NCBI GenBank assembly: GCA_001438605.1
Contig: LIDE01000017.1
Location: 1,513-65,512, forward strand
From: SAR92 bacterium BACL16 MAG-120619-bin48
GTDB taxonomy: Bacteria; Pseudomonadota; Gammaproteobacteria; Pseudomonadales; Porticoccaceae
DNA length: 64,000 nt
Direction: 5' to 3'
The notes under the pieces: generated by a model
The model's database searches: none
Told to the model about the DNA's origin: nothing
Seen by the model: the letters and a program-made list of their open reading frames with translations, nothing else
In this document: one piece after another, positions 32,170-43,774 of the stretch
Position numbering within the stretch: position 1 is the first letter of the stretch
How the letters are laid out: every line of letters starts with the position of its first letter
Made by a program: the position numbers and the translations under genes

Positions 32170-35052
32170 TTATGCCATTTCAGCGATAACGGTGCGCTTC
32201 TCTTTCAACTGGATAACCGAGCTTTCGAATTCACTGAGTTTTTGGCGCTCTTTGGCGACGACGTCGGCGGGTGCGTTGTCGACAAATTTTGCGTTGCTCA
32301 GTTTGTTGGCGAGTTTGGCGGCTTCGGTTGAGTTCTTTTCAATTTCGCGATCGAGACGCGCGAGTTCTGCGCCGATGTCGATTGAGCCGGCCATGGGTAC
32401 GAGTATTTCGAGGTCACCGGCGAGCGCTGTGGCTGAGGGCGGTGCGTCGGCGGGGTTGTCGAGCCATGTGACGGATTCAAGATTGGCCAGTTTGCTGAGG
32501 AATTGGCGGTTGTCTTGCAGTCGCTGCTGGTCGTTTTTGTCGCCTTTGGTGAGGTAGAGCGGCAGCGCTTTGGCGGGGGAGATGTTCATTTCGCCACGAA
32601 TATTGCGCACGCCGAGGATAACTTTCTTCAGCCATTCAATATCGGCCAGTGCGGCGCTGTCGATTTTGCTGTGATCGGCGACGGGGAATCTCTGCAGCAT
32701 AATGGTGTCGCCGTCTGCCTTGAGTTCAACGCCGGCGAAGGGGGCGATGGTTTGCCAGATCTCTTCGCTGATAAATGGCAGCATTGGGTGGGCGAGGCGG
32801 AGGGTGGATTCGAGTACGCGCACGAGGGTGCGGCGGGTGCCTTTTTTCAGTTCGGGGTCGCCATTTTCGTCCCACAGTACTGGCTTTGAGAGTTCGAGGT
32901 ACCAGTCGCAGTAGTCGTTCCAGACAAAGTCGTAGAGTGCTTGTGCGGCGAGGTCGAAGCGGTAGCTGTCGATGGCGGCGCTGACGTCGATTTCGGCTTG
33001 TTGCAGGCGTGAGACGATCCAGCGGTCGGCGAGGCTGAGTTTGTAATCGGTGCTGCCGTCTTGACCACAGTCTTGGCCTTCGGCGTTCATCAATACGTAG
33101 CGCGAGGCGTTCCAAATTTTGTTGCAGAAGTTGCGATAGCCTTCGAGTCGCTTCATGTCCCAGTTGATGTCGCGCCCGGTGGAGCAGAGGGCGCAGAGGG
33201 TGAAGCGCAGTGCGTCTGAGCCGTGGGGTTCGATGCCATCGGGGAATTGCTTGCGGGTGCGCGCGGCAATTTTTTCGGCGAGCTGGGGCTGCATCATGTT
33301 GCCGGTGCGTTTTTCAACCAGTGTGGCGATGTCGATGCCGTCGATCATGTCTAAGGGGTCGAGTACGTTGCCCTTGGATTTGGACATTTTCTGACCCTGT
33401 TCGTCGCGAATCAAACCGGTGACGTAGACGGTTTTGAAGGGGACTTGCGGGGCGCCGTTCTCGTCTTTGATCAGGTGCATGGTCATCATGACCATTCGCG
33501 CTACCCAGAAGAAGATAATGTCGAAGCCGGTGACGAGCACGCTGGTTGGGTGGAAGGTTTTTAGGCGCTCGGTTTGCTCGGGCCAGCCTTGGGTGCCGAA
33601 GGTCCAGAGGGCGGATGAGAACCAGGTGTCGAGGACGTCTTCGTCGCGGGTCAGCGGGGTGTCGCCGAGGGCGTATTTTTCGCGCACATCGGCTTCGCTG
33701 TTGCCGACATAGGCTTTGCCTGCGTCGTCGTACCATGCGGGAATTTGGTGGCCCCACCAGAGTTGTCTGGAGATGCACCAGTCTTGAATATTGCGCATCC
33801 ACGAGAAGTACATGTTTTCGTACTGTTGGGGAACAAATTTGATGCGTCCATCTTCGACGGCTTCGATGGCGGGGCCGGCAAGTTTTTTGGCGTCGACATA
33901 CCATTGGTTGGTGAGTAGGGGTTCGATCACTACGCCGCCACGATCGCCATAGGGGACGGTCATGTCGTTTTCTTCTATGCGTTCGAGCAGGCCCAAGGCC
34001 TCAAAGTCGGCGACGATTTCGCGGCGGGCGGCAAAGCGTTCCATGCCGCGGTATTTTTCAGGCAGGCTGTTGTCGATATCGTGGTTGTCGCTGCCGTCGC
34101 TGTTGACGCATTCTGCGGTTTGGCGAATGTCGGCGTTGATGGTCAGAATGTTGATCATCGGCAGCTTTTGGCGCTGGCCAACTTCGTAGTCGTTGAAGTC
34201 GTGGGCGGGGGTTATTTTTACGCAGCCGGTGCCTTTTTCCATGTTGGCGTATTCATCGGCAACAATTGGAATTAGGCGGCCGAGCAAGGGCAGTTCGACG
34301 TGTTGGCCAACCAGATGGACGTAGCGTTCGTCTTCTGGATTCACGGCAACACCGGTGTCGCCAAGCATGGTTTCTGGGCGTGTGGTGGCGACGATAATAT
34401 AGTCTTTGCCGTCGAGGGTTTTGGCGCCGTTGGCGAGGGGGTAGCGCAGGTACCACATCTTACCTTTGACTTCGCGGTTTTCAACTTCGAGGTCGGAGAT
34501 GGCGGTGTGTAGTTTGGGGTCCCAGTTGACGAGGCGTTTGCCACGGTAGATGAGGCCGTCGTTGTAGAGGCGCACAAAGGCTTCTTGAACGGCGGCGCTG
34601 AAGCCTTCGTCCATGGTGAAGCGTTCGGTGTCCCAGTCAACGGAGTTGCCGAGGCGACGCATCTGTTTGGTGATGGTGCCGCCAGATTCTTCTTTCCATT
34701 CCCAGATTTTTTCAATAAATTTTTCGCGGCCTAAGGCTTCGCGTCCGGGCTGGCCTTCGCCGTCGAGTTTGCGTTCGACGACCATCTGTGTGGCGATGCC
34801 GGCGTGGTCGGTGCCCACTTGCCAGAGTGTGTTTTTGCCTTTCATGCGGTTGTAGCGAATTAGGGCGTCCATAATGCCGTTTTGCAGTGCGTGGCCGATG
34901 TGCAGACTGCCTGTGACATTGGGTGGTGGAATGACGATGCTGTAGGCTTCAGTGTCGTTTCCGGCTGGGGCTTTGGGGGCAAAATAGCCGCGCTTTTCCC
35001 AGATCTTGTACCATTTGGTTTCAATGTCTTTTGGCTGGAATGTCTTTTCCAT
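32170..35052 (-). CDS. valS: Valine--tRNA ligase
   Basis: [13 protein letters not shown] and KMSKS motifs; C-terminal coiled coil. Confidence 0.98.
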   Translation of the reverse strand: MEKTFQPKDIETKWYKIWEKRGYFAPKAPAGNDTEAYSIVIPPPNVTGSLHIGHALQNGIMDALIRYNRMKGKNTLWQVGTDHAGIATQMVVERKLDGEGQPGREALGREKFIEKIWEWKEESGGTITKQMRRLGNSVDWDTERFTMDEGFSAAVQEAFVRLYNDGLIYRGKRLVNWDPKLHTAISDLEVENREVKGKMWYLRYPLANGAKTLDGKDYIIVATTRPETMLGDTGVAVNPEDERYVHLVGQHVELPLLGRLIPIVADEYANMEKGTGCVKITPAHDFNDYEVGQRQKLPMINILTINADIRQTAECVNSDGSDNHDIDNSLPEKYRGMERFAARREIVADFEALGLLERIEENDMTVPYGDRGGVVIEPLLTNQWYVDAKKLAGPAIEAVEDGRIKFVPQQYENMYFSWMRNIQDWCISRQLWWGHQIPAWYDDAGKAYVGNSEADVREKYALGDTPLTRDEDVLDTWFSSALWTFGTQGWPEQTERLKTFHPTSVLVTGFDIIFFWVARMVMMTMHLIKDENGAPQVPFKTVYVTGLIRDEQGQKMSKSKGNVLDPLDMIDGIDIATLVEKRTGNMMQPQLAEKIAARTRKQFPDGIEPHGSDALRFTLCALCSTGRDINWDMKRLEGYRNFCNKIWNASRYVLMNAEGQDCGQDGSTDYKLSLADRWIVSRLQQAEIDVSAAIDSYRFDLAAQALYDFVWNDYCDWYLELSKPVLWDENGDPELKKGTRRTLVRVLESTLRLAHPMLPFISEEIWQTIAPFAGVELKADGDTIMLQRFPVADHSKIDSAALADIEWLKKVILGVRNIRGEMNISPAKALPLYLTKGDKNDQQRLQDNRQFLSKLANLESVTWLDNPADAPPSATALAGDLEILVPMAGSIDIGAELARLDREIEKNSTEAAKLANKLSNAKFVDNAPADVVAKERQKLSEFESSVIQLKEKRTVIAEMA

Positions 35053-35170
35053 TATGGTTTTCTATTTCCGATTTTGATGGCCAGCTGTCGATGGCGATTG
35101 GCAATTTTGGGGTAGCCGTGGATTATAGGTGCTGGGGGCTTTTGTCGCTAGGGTCTGTTGCTGTTTTGCG

Positions 35171-35581
35171 TTAACTGTCTTGCTTAAAACGTTCGATGAC
35201 GATGGTGCGCAACTTCTCGCGCAGCAATTGTTCGACTTTCGGGCGCAGGCGGCTGAGGAGTTTGTTGACGACGATGTCGATCTGCTCGTCGCTCACGGGT
35301 TGGCCAGTGGGCTGGCGGTCAAATAAATGCTGTTGCGCTTGGTTGAAGGAGTCGCGCAGCTGCTGTTCGGCGTGTATTTCTTTGTCGACAGTGTCGGTGA
35401 GAATGGGTATTTCTAAATTGTGTATGCCGTCGTCGGTGAGGCTGTGGGGTAGGCTGTCGAGATCAAACGTTGTTGGGTTTGCGTTGGGCAACAAATTGGT
35501 TTGCAGAGAGTAGAGGTCGTCGAGAAGATCGTCGAGATCGGGTATATCGGCTTCGCGGTGTTTTTTTTCGTCTGCGCTCAT
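35171..35581 (-). CDS. Hypothetical acidic protein (typical holC-valS intervening gene)
   Basis: 136-aa ORF overlapping the holC stop; EIPILTDTV and C-terminal helix. Confidence 0.65.
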   Translation of the reverse strand: MSADEKKHREADIPDLDDLLDDLYSLQTNLLPNANPTTFDLDSLPHSLTDDGIHNLEIPILTDTVDKEIHAEQQLRDSFNQAQQHLFDRQPTGQPVSDEQIDIVVNKLLSRLRPKVEQLLREKLRTIVIERFKQDS

Positions 35582-36006
35582 GGCTTAAACGTGTTGCTCA
35601 AATCATGGAAGTTCAGAGGATAGCCGCGTTCTTTGTAAAAGGCGAAGTTTTCGCGTTTGACTTGCGCGTACTCGGGTTCGCTGTAAATCACTTCCATCAC
35701 GCGGTCGAAGCGGCTGAACCAATTGGGAATTGCTGCCTGCAGATTTATCAAGATGCCGTGATGATCGCTGGGTGTTGCCTCGGCGCTAATGGCGACAGGG
35801 TGATGCTGGCTGCCAATGCCGTGGGGTATAAACGCGCTCGCTTGAAAGCTCCACAGCAGTTTGTCGAGCTGTTCGGCGGTGTCGCTGTCGGGAACGAGAC
35901 AGAGGACGGTTTGTTTTGCGTTGACGGCCTTTTGCACGAGCTGACAGACAAGTGCCAAGGCTACGGTTAGGTCACCTTGGCACTTGTAGAACGAGACATT
36001 AGTCAT
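35578..36006 (-). CDS. holC: DNA polymerase III subunit chi
   Basis: LDKLLWSF...FIPH and FSRFDRVME; located between pepA and valS. Confidence 0.92.
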   Translation of the reverse strand: MTNVSFYKCQGDLTVALALVCQLVQKAVNAKQTVLCLVPDSDTAEQLDKLLWSFQASAFIPHGIGSQHHPVAISAEATPSDHHGILINLQAAIPNWFSRFDRVMEVIYSEPEYAQVKRENFAFYKERGYPLNFHDLSNTFKP

Positions 36007-36022
36007 TGATTGGGCGCTGTCC

Positions 36023-37480
36023 TTAACCGACTTTGCTGCGCAGATAGTCCATCAGCATTGGTACTGGACGGCCAGTGGCGCCTTTCTCACCGCCGGAGAC
36101 CCACGCGGTGCCTGCGATGTCGAGGTGCGCCCAGCGATACTTTTTGGTAAAGCGCGCGAGGAAGCAGGCGGCGGTAATGGTGCCGGCCTGTGGGCCGCCG
36201 ATGTTGGCTATGTCGGCGAAGTTACTTTTCAGTAAGTCGTCGTATTCGTCCCACAGTGGCAGGCGCCATGCGCGGTCGCCGCTGCGTGTTCCGCTGTTGA
36301 GAAGCTCTTCCGCGAGGCTGTCGTCGTTGGACAGTAAACCGGCCCCAACTTTGCCCAGTGCGCCGATCACGGCACCCGTGAGGGTGGCTATGTCGATAAC
36401 GGAGTCGGGCTTGAAGCGTTCGGCGTAGGTGAGGGCGTCACAAAGAATTAGGCGGCCTTCGGCGTCGGTGTTGAGCACTTCAATGGTCTGACCCGACATG
36501 CTAGTCACAACGTCGCCGGGCTTGGTGGCGTGGCCGTTGGGCATATTTTCAACGGCAGGGATAATGCCGACAACGTTGATGGGCATTTGTGTTTCGATCA
36601 GCGCGTTGATCACGCCGATCACAGAGGCGCCACCACACATGTCGTATTTCATTTCGTCCATACCGGCGCCTGGCTTGAGGCTGATACCGCCAGAGTCGAA
36701 GGTGACAGCTTTGCCGACCAGTACAACCGGTTTGGCGGTGACTTTGGCACCTTGATATTTGATCACAATTAAGTGGCCGGGCTGGTCGGATCCAGCGCTC
36801 ACAGAGAGCAGTGATCCCATTTTTAACGTTTTCATCTGCGCTTCGCTGAGCACTGTGGTAGTCACTTTCGGTTGACCTTTGGCCAGTGCTTTGGCCTGTG
36901 TCGCGAGGTAGCTGGGGGTGCAGATATTGGCTGGCAGGTTGCCGAGCTGTCGCGCAGCGTTCATGCCGTTGCCGACGGCAGAACCGTAGCTGAGGCCTTT
37001 GTTGGCGGCTGCGGTATTGGCTTTACTGGTTGTCCAGTAGGTGAGGCCTTTGAATTTTTTCGCGTCGGCTTTGCGGCCGTTGTCGTATTTGTAGCTGGCG
37101 GTTTGCAGGCTGCGCGCGACGATGCTGGCTTCCCACTCTGCGTCGTCAGATAGGCCTTCACCGACCCAAACTGCTTTTGCGCTGGGTGTTTTTAACAGCG
37201 CTGAGGCACCGGCTTCAATCACTTTTATCATTTTTTGCGGGCTGTCTGCACCGTCGGTGCCGAGCAGGATAATGCGCTTGCCGTTGACGCCGGGAATGTG
37301 CAATACCAAGGTTTCTGCGCTCTTGCCTTTGAAGTCTCCAGACTTGATTAACGAGGAGATGGCGCCGTCCAACGATTTGTCGAGGGCGTCTGCGCTCGCT
37401 TTTAGTTGTGGGCCTGTCGGTAGAATGAGAGAATCGGCTTTAATGTTTAACAGCTGTGCGGAAGATGCGGTAAAATCCAT
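36023..37480 (-). CDS. pepA: Leucyl aminopeptidase
   Basis: GKAVTFDSGGISLK, MKYDMCG and NTDAEGRL. ATG start at 37480. Confidence 0.95.
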   Translation of the reverse strand: MDFTASSAQLLNIKADSLILPTGPQLKASADALDKSLDGAISSLIKSGDFKGKSAETLVLHIPGVNGKRIILLGTDGADSPQKMIKVIEAGASALLKTPSAKAVWVGEGLSDDAEWEASIVARSLQTASYKYDNGRKADAKKFKGLTYWTTSKANTAAANKGLSYGSAVGNGMNAARQLGNLPANICTPSYLATQAKALAKGQPKVTTTVLSEAQMKTLKMGSLLSVSAGSDQPGHLIVIKYQGAKVTAKPVVLVGKAVTFDSGGISLKPGAGMDEMKYDMCGGASVIGVINALIETQMPINVVGIIPAVENMPNGHATKPGDVVTSMSGQTIEVLNTDAEGRLILCDALTYAERFKPDSVIDIATLTGAVIGALGKVGAGLLSNDDSLAEELLNSGTRSGDRAWRLPLWDEYDDLLKSNFADIANIGGPQAGTITAACFLARFTKKYRWAHLDIAGTAWVSGGEKGATGRPVPMLMDYLRSKVG

Positions 37481-37585
37481 GTTTGCTCCGAGATAGTGTA
37501 GTGAGTAAAGTGTTTTACTAAGTTTGAGTGCGTGTCGAACGATACCATTTTGTCCTACAACACCCAAGGGTTATAACCTTTTCCT

Positions 37586-38680
37586 GTGATTATTTTTCGC
37601 TATCTTTTCCGTGAGATTTTCTCTTCGACCATCGCAGTCTGCGCAATATTGCTGCTGGTTTTGATGAGTGGTCGCTTTGTTCGCTACCTTGCTAAAGCGG
37701 TCACGGGTGATATGGAATCGGGCGTTATTTTTGCGGTGATCGGCTATCGGATTCCTGGCTTTCTCGAGACAACCTTGCCATTGGCGTTTTTTCTTGCGGT
37801 ACTGCTCTGCTTTGGCCGCCTCTATGTGCAGAATGAAATGACGGTGCTGAAGGCGTGCGGTGTGTCTGAAAGACGTTTGCTGGGCTACGCCTTGGTGATG
37901 GCGACATTTTTTGCGCTGATTGCAGGGTGGTTTAGCCTGTATTTGGCGCCCTCGGGCATGGCGAAGGCCGAGACCCTGTTTAAGGCTGAGCGCTCGCGCA
38001 GTGAGCTGGATAAGTTGATGCCGAAGAAGTTTTATTCCCTTGGTGGTGGTCGCGGTGTCACCTATGCCGAAGCTGTCACTGAAAATCGTGAGCTGGACGA
38101 TCTCTTTTTAGCTATGACTGCGGGTAGCAATGCAACCTCGGATCGCCGTTTAGTGCTGGTGGTGGCGGATAGAGGGCGGCAGCAAGATGCTATTGATAGT
38201 AAGGCGCGCTATTTAGTGCTCGACCGAGGCTACAGAATTGAGGGTATTCCGGGCAAGAACGATTACCAAATTACCCATTTTGAAGAGTATGGCTCTCGTC
38301 TGGAAGACAGTGAATCTGATGAGGAGAGAATTGAGATTGATGGAGTGACATCCTCTGCATTGCTGGCGTCGGACGACCCACAGTGGCAGGCGACCCTGCA
38401 GTGGCGGCTGTCGATTCCGCTGATGTTGATTGTGGTCACGATGTTGGCGGTGCCATTAAGTCGCGTGAATAACCGGCAAGGCCGATTTGGCAAGTTAATG
38501 CCGGTGATCTTTTTATACTTTATCTATTTGGTGGCACTTAATGCTATGCGCGACGCGATTGAGTCTGGCGCGGTGCCGGTGGCAGTGACGATGCTGCCCG
38601 TCCATTTGTTATTTTTGGCAGTTGCGGGTTTATTGTTTATCTCGGGTCAACCGAGGAAAGTTCGCGGGGTGAAAGCCTAA
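37586..38680 (+). CDS. lptF: LPS export ABC transporter permease LptF
   Basis: IIFRYLFRE, NEMTVLKACG and QWRLSIP; divergent from pepA. Confidence 0.93.
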   Translation: MIIFRYLFREIFSSTIAVCAILLLVLMSGRFVRYLAKAVTGDMESGVIFAVIGYRIPGFLETTLPLAFFLAVLLCFGRLYVQNEMTVLKACGVSERRLLGYALVMATFFALIAGWFSLYLAPSGMAKAETLFKAERSRSELDKLMPKKFYSLGGGRGVTYAEAVTENRELDDLFLAMTAGSNATSDRRLVLVVADRGRQQDAIDSKARYLVLDRGYRIEGIPGKNDYQITHFEEYGSRLEDSESDEERIEIDGVTSSALLASDDPQWQATLQWRLSIPLMLIVVTMLAVPLSRVNNRQGRFGKLMPVIFLYFIYLVALNAMRDAIESGAVPVAVTMLPVHLLFLAVAGLLFISGQPRKVRGVKA

Positions 38681-39747
38681 TGCGTCGTCTTTATTGGCAT
38701 GTGGGCTCCACTATTTTTGGCGCCATCGCCGTGGCTATGATTGTCTTGGTGGGGCTGGATGCGGTTGGGGCATTAATCGATGAGACGGGCGATATTACGG
38801 CCAACTATCGGTTTATCGATGCGCTTATTTATGTTGTTACCTATCTTCCTTCGAGAATGTATGAGTACACGCCCTTTGCCGCGTTGATTGGCTGTTTGGT
38901 GGGGCTTGGCTTGTTGGCGGGTAACAGTGAAATTATTGTGATGCGGGCGGCGGGCGTGTCGCCATTGCGTATTGTCGGTTTTGTGTTGCGGCCGGTAATG
39001 TTGGTTATTGCGGTCGTGATGGCAGTTGGTGAGTATTTTTCACCCTACCTCGATCAGCTCGCCGAAGGGCGGCGTGAGTATTTAATTAAGGGTGAGCAGG
39101 CCGCGGATTCGACGTCGGGTTTGTGGAGTCGAGAGGGCAACGAGTTTTTGCACTTTAATGCGGTGTTCCCCGGCGGTGTGCTCTATGGTGTTAGCCGTTA
39201 TGCGTTTGATGACGATAAAAAAATTGTGTCGGCGAGCTTTGCGTCGCGGGCTACCTTTAATGTGCGGGAAAAGTATTGGACGGAAGAAAACGTCTCGATT
39301 ACGCGCTTTTTAGAGGATAAAACAGAGACAGAAAAACAGGTAACGCGACGCTGGGACTCTGAGCTGACACCGGTGGTGTTGTCTTTACACGTGCTCCCTG
39401 AAGACTCGTTACCTATTTCGATCTTGTACAACTATATCCATTTCTTGAAGCAGCAGGGTGCTGACACCGTGGGCTATGAGGTTGCGTTTTGGCGCAAGGT
39501 TTTGCAGCCGCTGGTGATTTTGGGGTTGGTTGTTCTGGGTATTTCGTCGGTCTTCGGCCCGCTGCGGGACGCTACCATGGGGTTCCGAATTTTTATTGGC
39601 GTTATTGTGGGCGTCTCCTTCCGCATGATTCAGGATGTGCTTGGCCCGCTGAGTGTCGTCTTTGAGTTTCCGCCGCTGTTGGCAGTGATGCTGCCTATTG
39701 TGTTCTGTTTTGTCGTTGGGATTTATTTGCTGCGACGCAGTGGTTAA
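38680..39747 (+). CDS. lptG: LPS export ABC transporter permease LptG
   Basis: SEIIVMRAAG and FGPLR; follows lptF. Confidence 0.93.
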   Translation: MRRLYWHVGSTIFGAIAVAMIVLVGLDAVGALIDETGDITANYRFIDALIYVVTYLPSRMYEYTPFAALIGCLVGLGLLAGNSEIIVMRAAGVSPLRIVGFVLRPVMLVIAVVMAVGEYFSPYLDQLAEGRREYLIKGEQAADSTSGLWSREGNEFLHFNAVFPGGVLYGVSRYAFDDDKKIVSASFASRATFNVREKYWTEENVSITRFLEDKTETEKQVTRRWDSELTPVVLSLHVLPEDSLPISILYNYIHFLKQQGADTVGYEVAFWRKVLQPLVILGLVVLGISSVFGPLRDATMGFRIFIGVIVGVSFRMIQDVLGPLSVVFEFPPLLAVMLPIVFCFVVGIYLLRRSG

Positions 39748-39834
39748 TGGCTGTTAGTGACGGGCTGTTAGTGAATGCCTGCTAGTGAATAAAAAGTTTG
39801 GCCAATCGGTAGCCCCTCCCCACACACAAGTCAC

Positions 39835-39865
39835 CGTTAACCTAATTGTATTATTATGGTTGACA
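39835..39865 (+). promoter_or_regulatory. BirA biotin operator
   Basis: GTTAACC-N15-GGTTGAC about 56 bp upstream of bioB, resembling the gammaproteobacterial BirA consensus TGTAAACC-N14/15-GGTTTACA. Confidence 0.8.
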
Positions 39866-39921
39866 GTCAGTTTCGCCTCTCTATGATAGCCCCCTGTATT
39901 AACCACAGGTGGAGCAGAACA

Positions 39922-40977
39922 ATGGCAGGGCATGACAAGGACGCAATTCGACACAATTGGACGCACGAAGAGGTTCTCGCGCTGTTTGACCAACCCTTCA
40001 ATGATCTGCTATTCGACGCGCAGGTCACCCATCGTCGCTATTTTAATCCCAACCGAGTGCAGCTCAGTACGTTACTGTCTATCAAGACTGGCGCCTGCCC
40101 AGAAGACTGCAAGTACTGTCCCCAGAGCGCGCGTTACGACACGGGCCTCGAAAAAGAGAAATTACTGCAAATTCAGCAAGTGATTGGGGCTGCCAAAGTT
40201 GCGAAAGAGAGCGGCTCAAGCCGTTTCTGCATGGGGGCGGCATGGCGCTCGCCGCACGACCGCGATATTCCGGCGGTGGCGGAAATGGTCCGTGAAGTTA
40301 AAGCCCTTGGCCTTGAAACCTGCATGACCCTTGGGATGTTGTCAGAGAGTCAGGCCGACGCGTTGGCCGAGGCGGGGTTGGATTATTACAACCACAACCT
40401 CGACACGTCGAAAGAATTTTACGGTGAGGTAATCACCACTCGCACCTATCAAGACCGTTTGAATACTCTCTCCCATGTGCGCAACGCTGGCATGAAAGTG
40501 TGTGCGGGCGGCATTGTTGGGATGGGTGAAGAGCAGCGCGATCGTGCGGGGTTGTTGATGGAGCTGGCGAACTTGCCGCGCCATCCTGAATCGGTGCCCA
40601 TCAATATGTTGGTGAAGGTAGCGGGAACGCCTATGGCCAATGAGGAGGATCTCGATCCTTTCGAATTTATCCGCACTATCGCTGCAGCGCGGTTGATGAT
40701 GCCACAGTCCTATGTGCGGCTGTCGGCGGGTCGCGAGGCGATGAATGAACAGATGCAGGCGCTGGCATTTATGGCGGGTGCCAATTCTATTTTTTACTGC
40801 GACAAATTACTCACCACAGCCAATCCCAAGGCCAATACCGATATGCAATTGTTCAGCCGTCTGGGCATCAAACCTGAGAGCTTCGAAGAGCGTCAGGGTC
40901 CCGCGGAGCAGGAAGCCGAGCTGGTGCAGCGCCTCGATGAGGCAAAAACCGATTCGCTGTTTTATCGGGCTGGCTAG
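39922..40977 (+). CDS. bioB: Biotin synthase
   Basis: CPEDCKYC radical-SAM motif, YNHNLDT and SVPIN. ATG at 39922 follows GGAG. Confidence 0.97.
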   Translation: MAGHDKDAIRHNWTHEEVLALFDQPFNDLLFDAQVTHRRYFNPNRVQLSTLLSIKTGACPEDCKYCPQSARYDTGLEKEKLLQIQQVIGAAKVAKESGSSRFCMGAAWRSPHDRDIPAVAEMVREVKALGLETCMTLGMLSESQADALAEAGLDYYNHNLDTSKEFYGEVITTRTYQDRLNTLSHVRNAGMKVCAGGIVGMGEEQRDRAGLLMELANLPRHPESVPINMLVKVAGTPMANEEDLDPFEFIRTIAAARLMMPQSYVRLSAGREAMNEQMQALAFMAGANSIFYCDKLLTTANPKANTDMQLFSRLGIKPESFEERQGPAEQEAELVQRLDEAKTDSLFYRAG

Positions 40978-40985
40978 CGCAAATA

Positions 40986-42155
40986 ATGCCAGCTATGGAC
41001 GCCTTACTGCAGGCGCAATTAGATCAGAGGCGTGAACAAAACCTCTACCGCACGCGCCTCAACGTGGCGTCGGGTTGTGCGGCTACATTGCAGTTAGGGG
41101 GTCGTCCGTTGCTGAACTTTTGCAGCAACGACTATTTAGGGCTGGCCAGCCACCCGGATGTCAGTCGCGCCCTCAAGCAGGCCGCCGATCGTTTCGGTAC
41201 CGGCAGTGGCGCCTCGCATCTGATCAGTGGCCATTCAACCGTTCATCACGCCCTTGAAGAGCAGTTGGCTGATTTTACCGGTCGGCCGCGAGCGCTGCTC
41301 TATTCGACGGGTTACATGGCCAATATGGGTGTGATCAACGCGCTGGTGGGGCGCCGTGATCTTGTGCTGCAAGATCAGCTGAATCATGCGTCGCTGCTGG
41401 ATGGTGGACGTTTGTCTCAGGCCGAATGTCGGCGCTATAAGCACGCTGATTATGCGGCCCTTGAACAGCGGCTGACCCAGTCCAGCGCGCCACGGAAACT
41501 AATTGTCACAGATGGCGTGTTCAGTATGGACGGTGATTTGGCGCCGCTTGCGCAGCTCTGCGCGAGTGCTGAGCGTCATCAGGCGTGGTTGATGGTCGAT
41601 GACGCGCACGGGTTTGGCGTGCTTGGCAAACAGGGTGGCGGGCTGGTCGAAGAACTCAATTTGTCGATTGATCAGGTGCCGGTGTTAGTGGGTACGCTGG
41701 GTAAAAGTGTCGGTACGTTTGGCGCGTTCGTCGCTGGCAGCGAGGCCCTTATTGAAACGCTGATTCAGTTTTCCCGCAGCTACATCTATACCACCGCAAT
41801 GCCGCCGGCCATTGCTGCGGCCACGCTGGCGAGCTTGCAGATTCTGCGCCGCGAAAATTGGCGCCGCGAAAAACTGCAGCAGTTGGTTGGGCAATTTCGC
41901 CGCGGCGCTGAACAGATTGGCTTATCGCTAATGGCCTCTACCACGCCTATTCAACCGCTGCTGATTAACGACGATCAAAAAGTTATGCAGGTGAGTCTTG
42001 CCCTGCGTGAGCGGGGTATTTGGGTCGGCGCCATACGCCCGCCGACGGTGCCGTCGGGCAGTGGGCGCCTGCGTATTACTTTTTCTGCCAGTCACAGTGA
42101 AGAGCAGGTTGATCAATTACTGGATGCCCTCGATCGCTTAGGCATTAGCCAATGA
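40986..42155 (+). CDS. bioF: 8-amino-7-oxononanoate synthase
   Basis: [14 protein letters not shown] and GTLGKS. Confidence 0.96.
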   Translation: MPAMDALLQAQLDQRREQNLYRTRLNVASGCAATLQLGGRPLLNFCSNDYLGLASHPDVSRALKQAADRFGTGSGASHLISGHSTVHHALEEQLADFTGRPRALLYSTGYMANMGVINALVGRRDLVLQDQLNHASLLDGGRLSQAECRRYKHADYAALEQRLTQSSAPRKLIVTDGVFSMDGDLAPLAQLCASAERHQAWLMVDDAHGFGVLGKQGGGLVEELNLSIDQVPVLVGTLGKSVGTFGAFVAGSEALIETLIQFSRSYIYTTAMPPAIAAATLASLQILRRENWRREKLQQLVGQFRRGAEQIGLSLMASTTPIQPLLINDDQKVMQVSLALRERGIWVGAIRPPTVPSGSGRLRITFSASHSEEQVDQLLDALDRLGISQ

Positions 42156-43750
42156 GTCAGGGCGTCACATGCCTTAGTGAGAGTCCTGCGACGCAACTCT
42201 CTGCGGCTCTAACCCATTACCCCTGTTGCGACATCAATCTGTTGCCGGCGCCAGTGGTGCTATTGCATGGCTGGGGCGCAGACAGTCAAATTTGGCAAAC
42301 ACTGCCCGACCGATTATCTCAGCGGGCAGACGTATTCACTGCGGATCTACCGGGCTTTGGCACATCGCCAGCGCTTTGCGGCTATGCCCTCGCGGATCTA
42401 CTGGCATGGCTCGATCAGACACTTCCACAGCGCTGTTTTCTGGTAGGTTTGTCTCTGGGTGGCATGCTTGCTTGCGCCTTTGCTGCGGCCTATCCGCATC
42501 GCATCGCTGGCTTGATTACCCTTGCCAGCAACAGCCGTTTTAGTGCAGATACCGATGCAAATACCGCCATGCCGTCGGCTCAATACCAACAATTTTTAAC
42601 AGGGTGGCAGGACAGCAGTGATGATTGCCTATCGCGCTTCTGCGCGCTGCAGGCGCAGGGCGATACGCAGCAGCGCAGCCTTTTGCGGCTGTTGCGGGCC
42701 ATGCCCGTGGTGATGGATGAGTCCAGTGCTGGCTCGCTGCTCAGGCTGCTCGGCAGTATCGATAATCGCGATGCACTGAGTCATTTAGCCAGCCCAACAC
42801 TCGCCATTTTTGGCGACCGCGATCCCTTGGTGCCGGTCGCCTGTGCGCAGCCGATTGGCCGGCTCAACCCGCTGATTGAAGTGGCGGTGATCGACGGGGC
42901 AGGGCATTTGCCGCAGATAAGCCAACCGGACAGGGTGGAGGCGTTAATTGTTGAGTTTCTCCAGCGCCAGCAGTATCGGTTAAATAAAGAGAAAGTCGCT
43001 GAATCGTTTGGTCGTGCGGCGCCGCGCTATGATGCGGCGGCGCAGTTGCAGCATCGTGTCGGCGAACAATTGGTTGCAGATATTGACCGCTCGATCCCTG
43101 TTGAGCGGATTATCGATTTAGGCTGTGGTACTGGCTATCACTGCCCGCAACTGCAGCGCGCTTTTCCCGCGGCGCAGGTGGTCGGTGTCGATTTGTCCGA
43201 GGCGATGTTGGCCCACGCTGCGAGTTCTCGTGGGGCGGGGTATTGGCTCTGCGCCGATGCTGAGCGACTGCCATTGGCCGATCACTCCCAAGACTGCATT
43301 TTTTCCAATTTTGCTCTGCAGTGGTGCACTGATCTTACCACCCTTGCCGGCGAGCTTTATCGGGTGCTCAAGCCCTCTGGCCAGCTGCGTATTGTCGTGC
43401 CGGGGCCGGCAACGCTGATCGAGCTACGCAGCGCCTGGGCGAGTGTGGACAATCATGTGCATGTGAACCATTTTGCCAGCGCCGACGACTGGCGGCGGGT
43501 TCTGTGGATTGCGGGGTTTCAGCGCGTGGAGATTCGCAGCGAAAAAACCGTTGAGCAGCATCAAACGGTGCGTGAGTTACTGCTCGAATTAAAAACCATC
43601 GGCGCCCACAATAATAATTCAGGCAAACCAACGACACTCACCGGTAAGCAGCAATTAAAAGCACTGTATACTGCCTATGAGCGTTTTCGCACCGTGCAGG
43701 ATCATCTGCCTGCGACATGGGAAATACTGTCTCTCAGCGCCTACAAATAA
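42152..43750 (+). CDS. bioC: BioH-BioC fusion (pimeloyl-ACP methyl ester esterase + malonyl-ACP O-methyltransferase)
   Basis: N-terminal HGWG, GLSLGG, GDRD and GHLP. C-terminal [21 protein letters not shown] and SNFALQW. Single uninterrupted frame. Confidence 0.88.
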   Translation: MSQGVTCLSESPATQLSAALTHYPCCDINLLPAPVVLLHGWGADSQIWQTLPDRLSQRADVFTADLPGFGTSPALCGYALADLLAWLDQTLPQRCFLVGLSLGGMLACAFAAAYPHRIAGLITLASNSRFSADTDANTAMPSAQYQQFLTGWQDSSDDCLSRFCALQAQGDTQQRSLLRLLRAMPVVMDESSAGSLLRLLGSIDNRDALSHLASPTLAIFGDRDPLVPVACAQPIGRLNPLIEVAVIDGAGHLPQISQPDRVEALIVEFLQRQQYRLNKEKVAESFGRAAPRYDAAAQLQHRVGEQLVADIDRSIPVERIIDLGCGTGYHCPQLQRAFPAAQVVGVDLSEAMLAHAASSRGAGYWLCADAERLPLADHSQDCIFSNFALQWCTDLTTLAGELYRVLKPSGQLRIVVPGPATLIELRSAWASVDNHVHVNHFASADDWRRVLWIAGFQRVEIRSEKTVEQHQTVRELLLELKTIGAHNNNSGKPTTLTGKQQLKALYTAYERFRTVQDHLPATWEILSLSAYK

Positions 43751-43774
43751 ATTCGATTTAAGGATGTTCACAGC

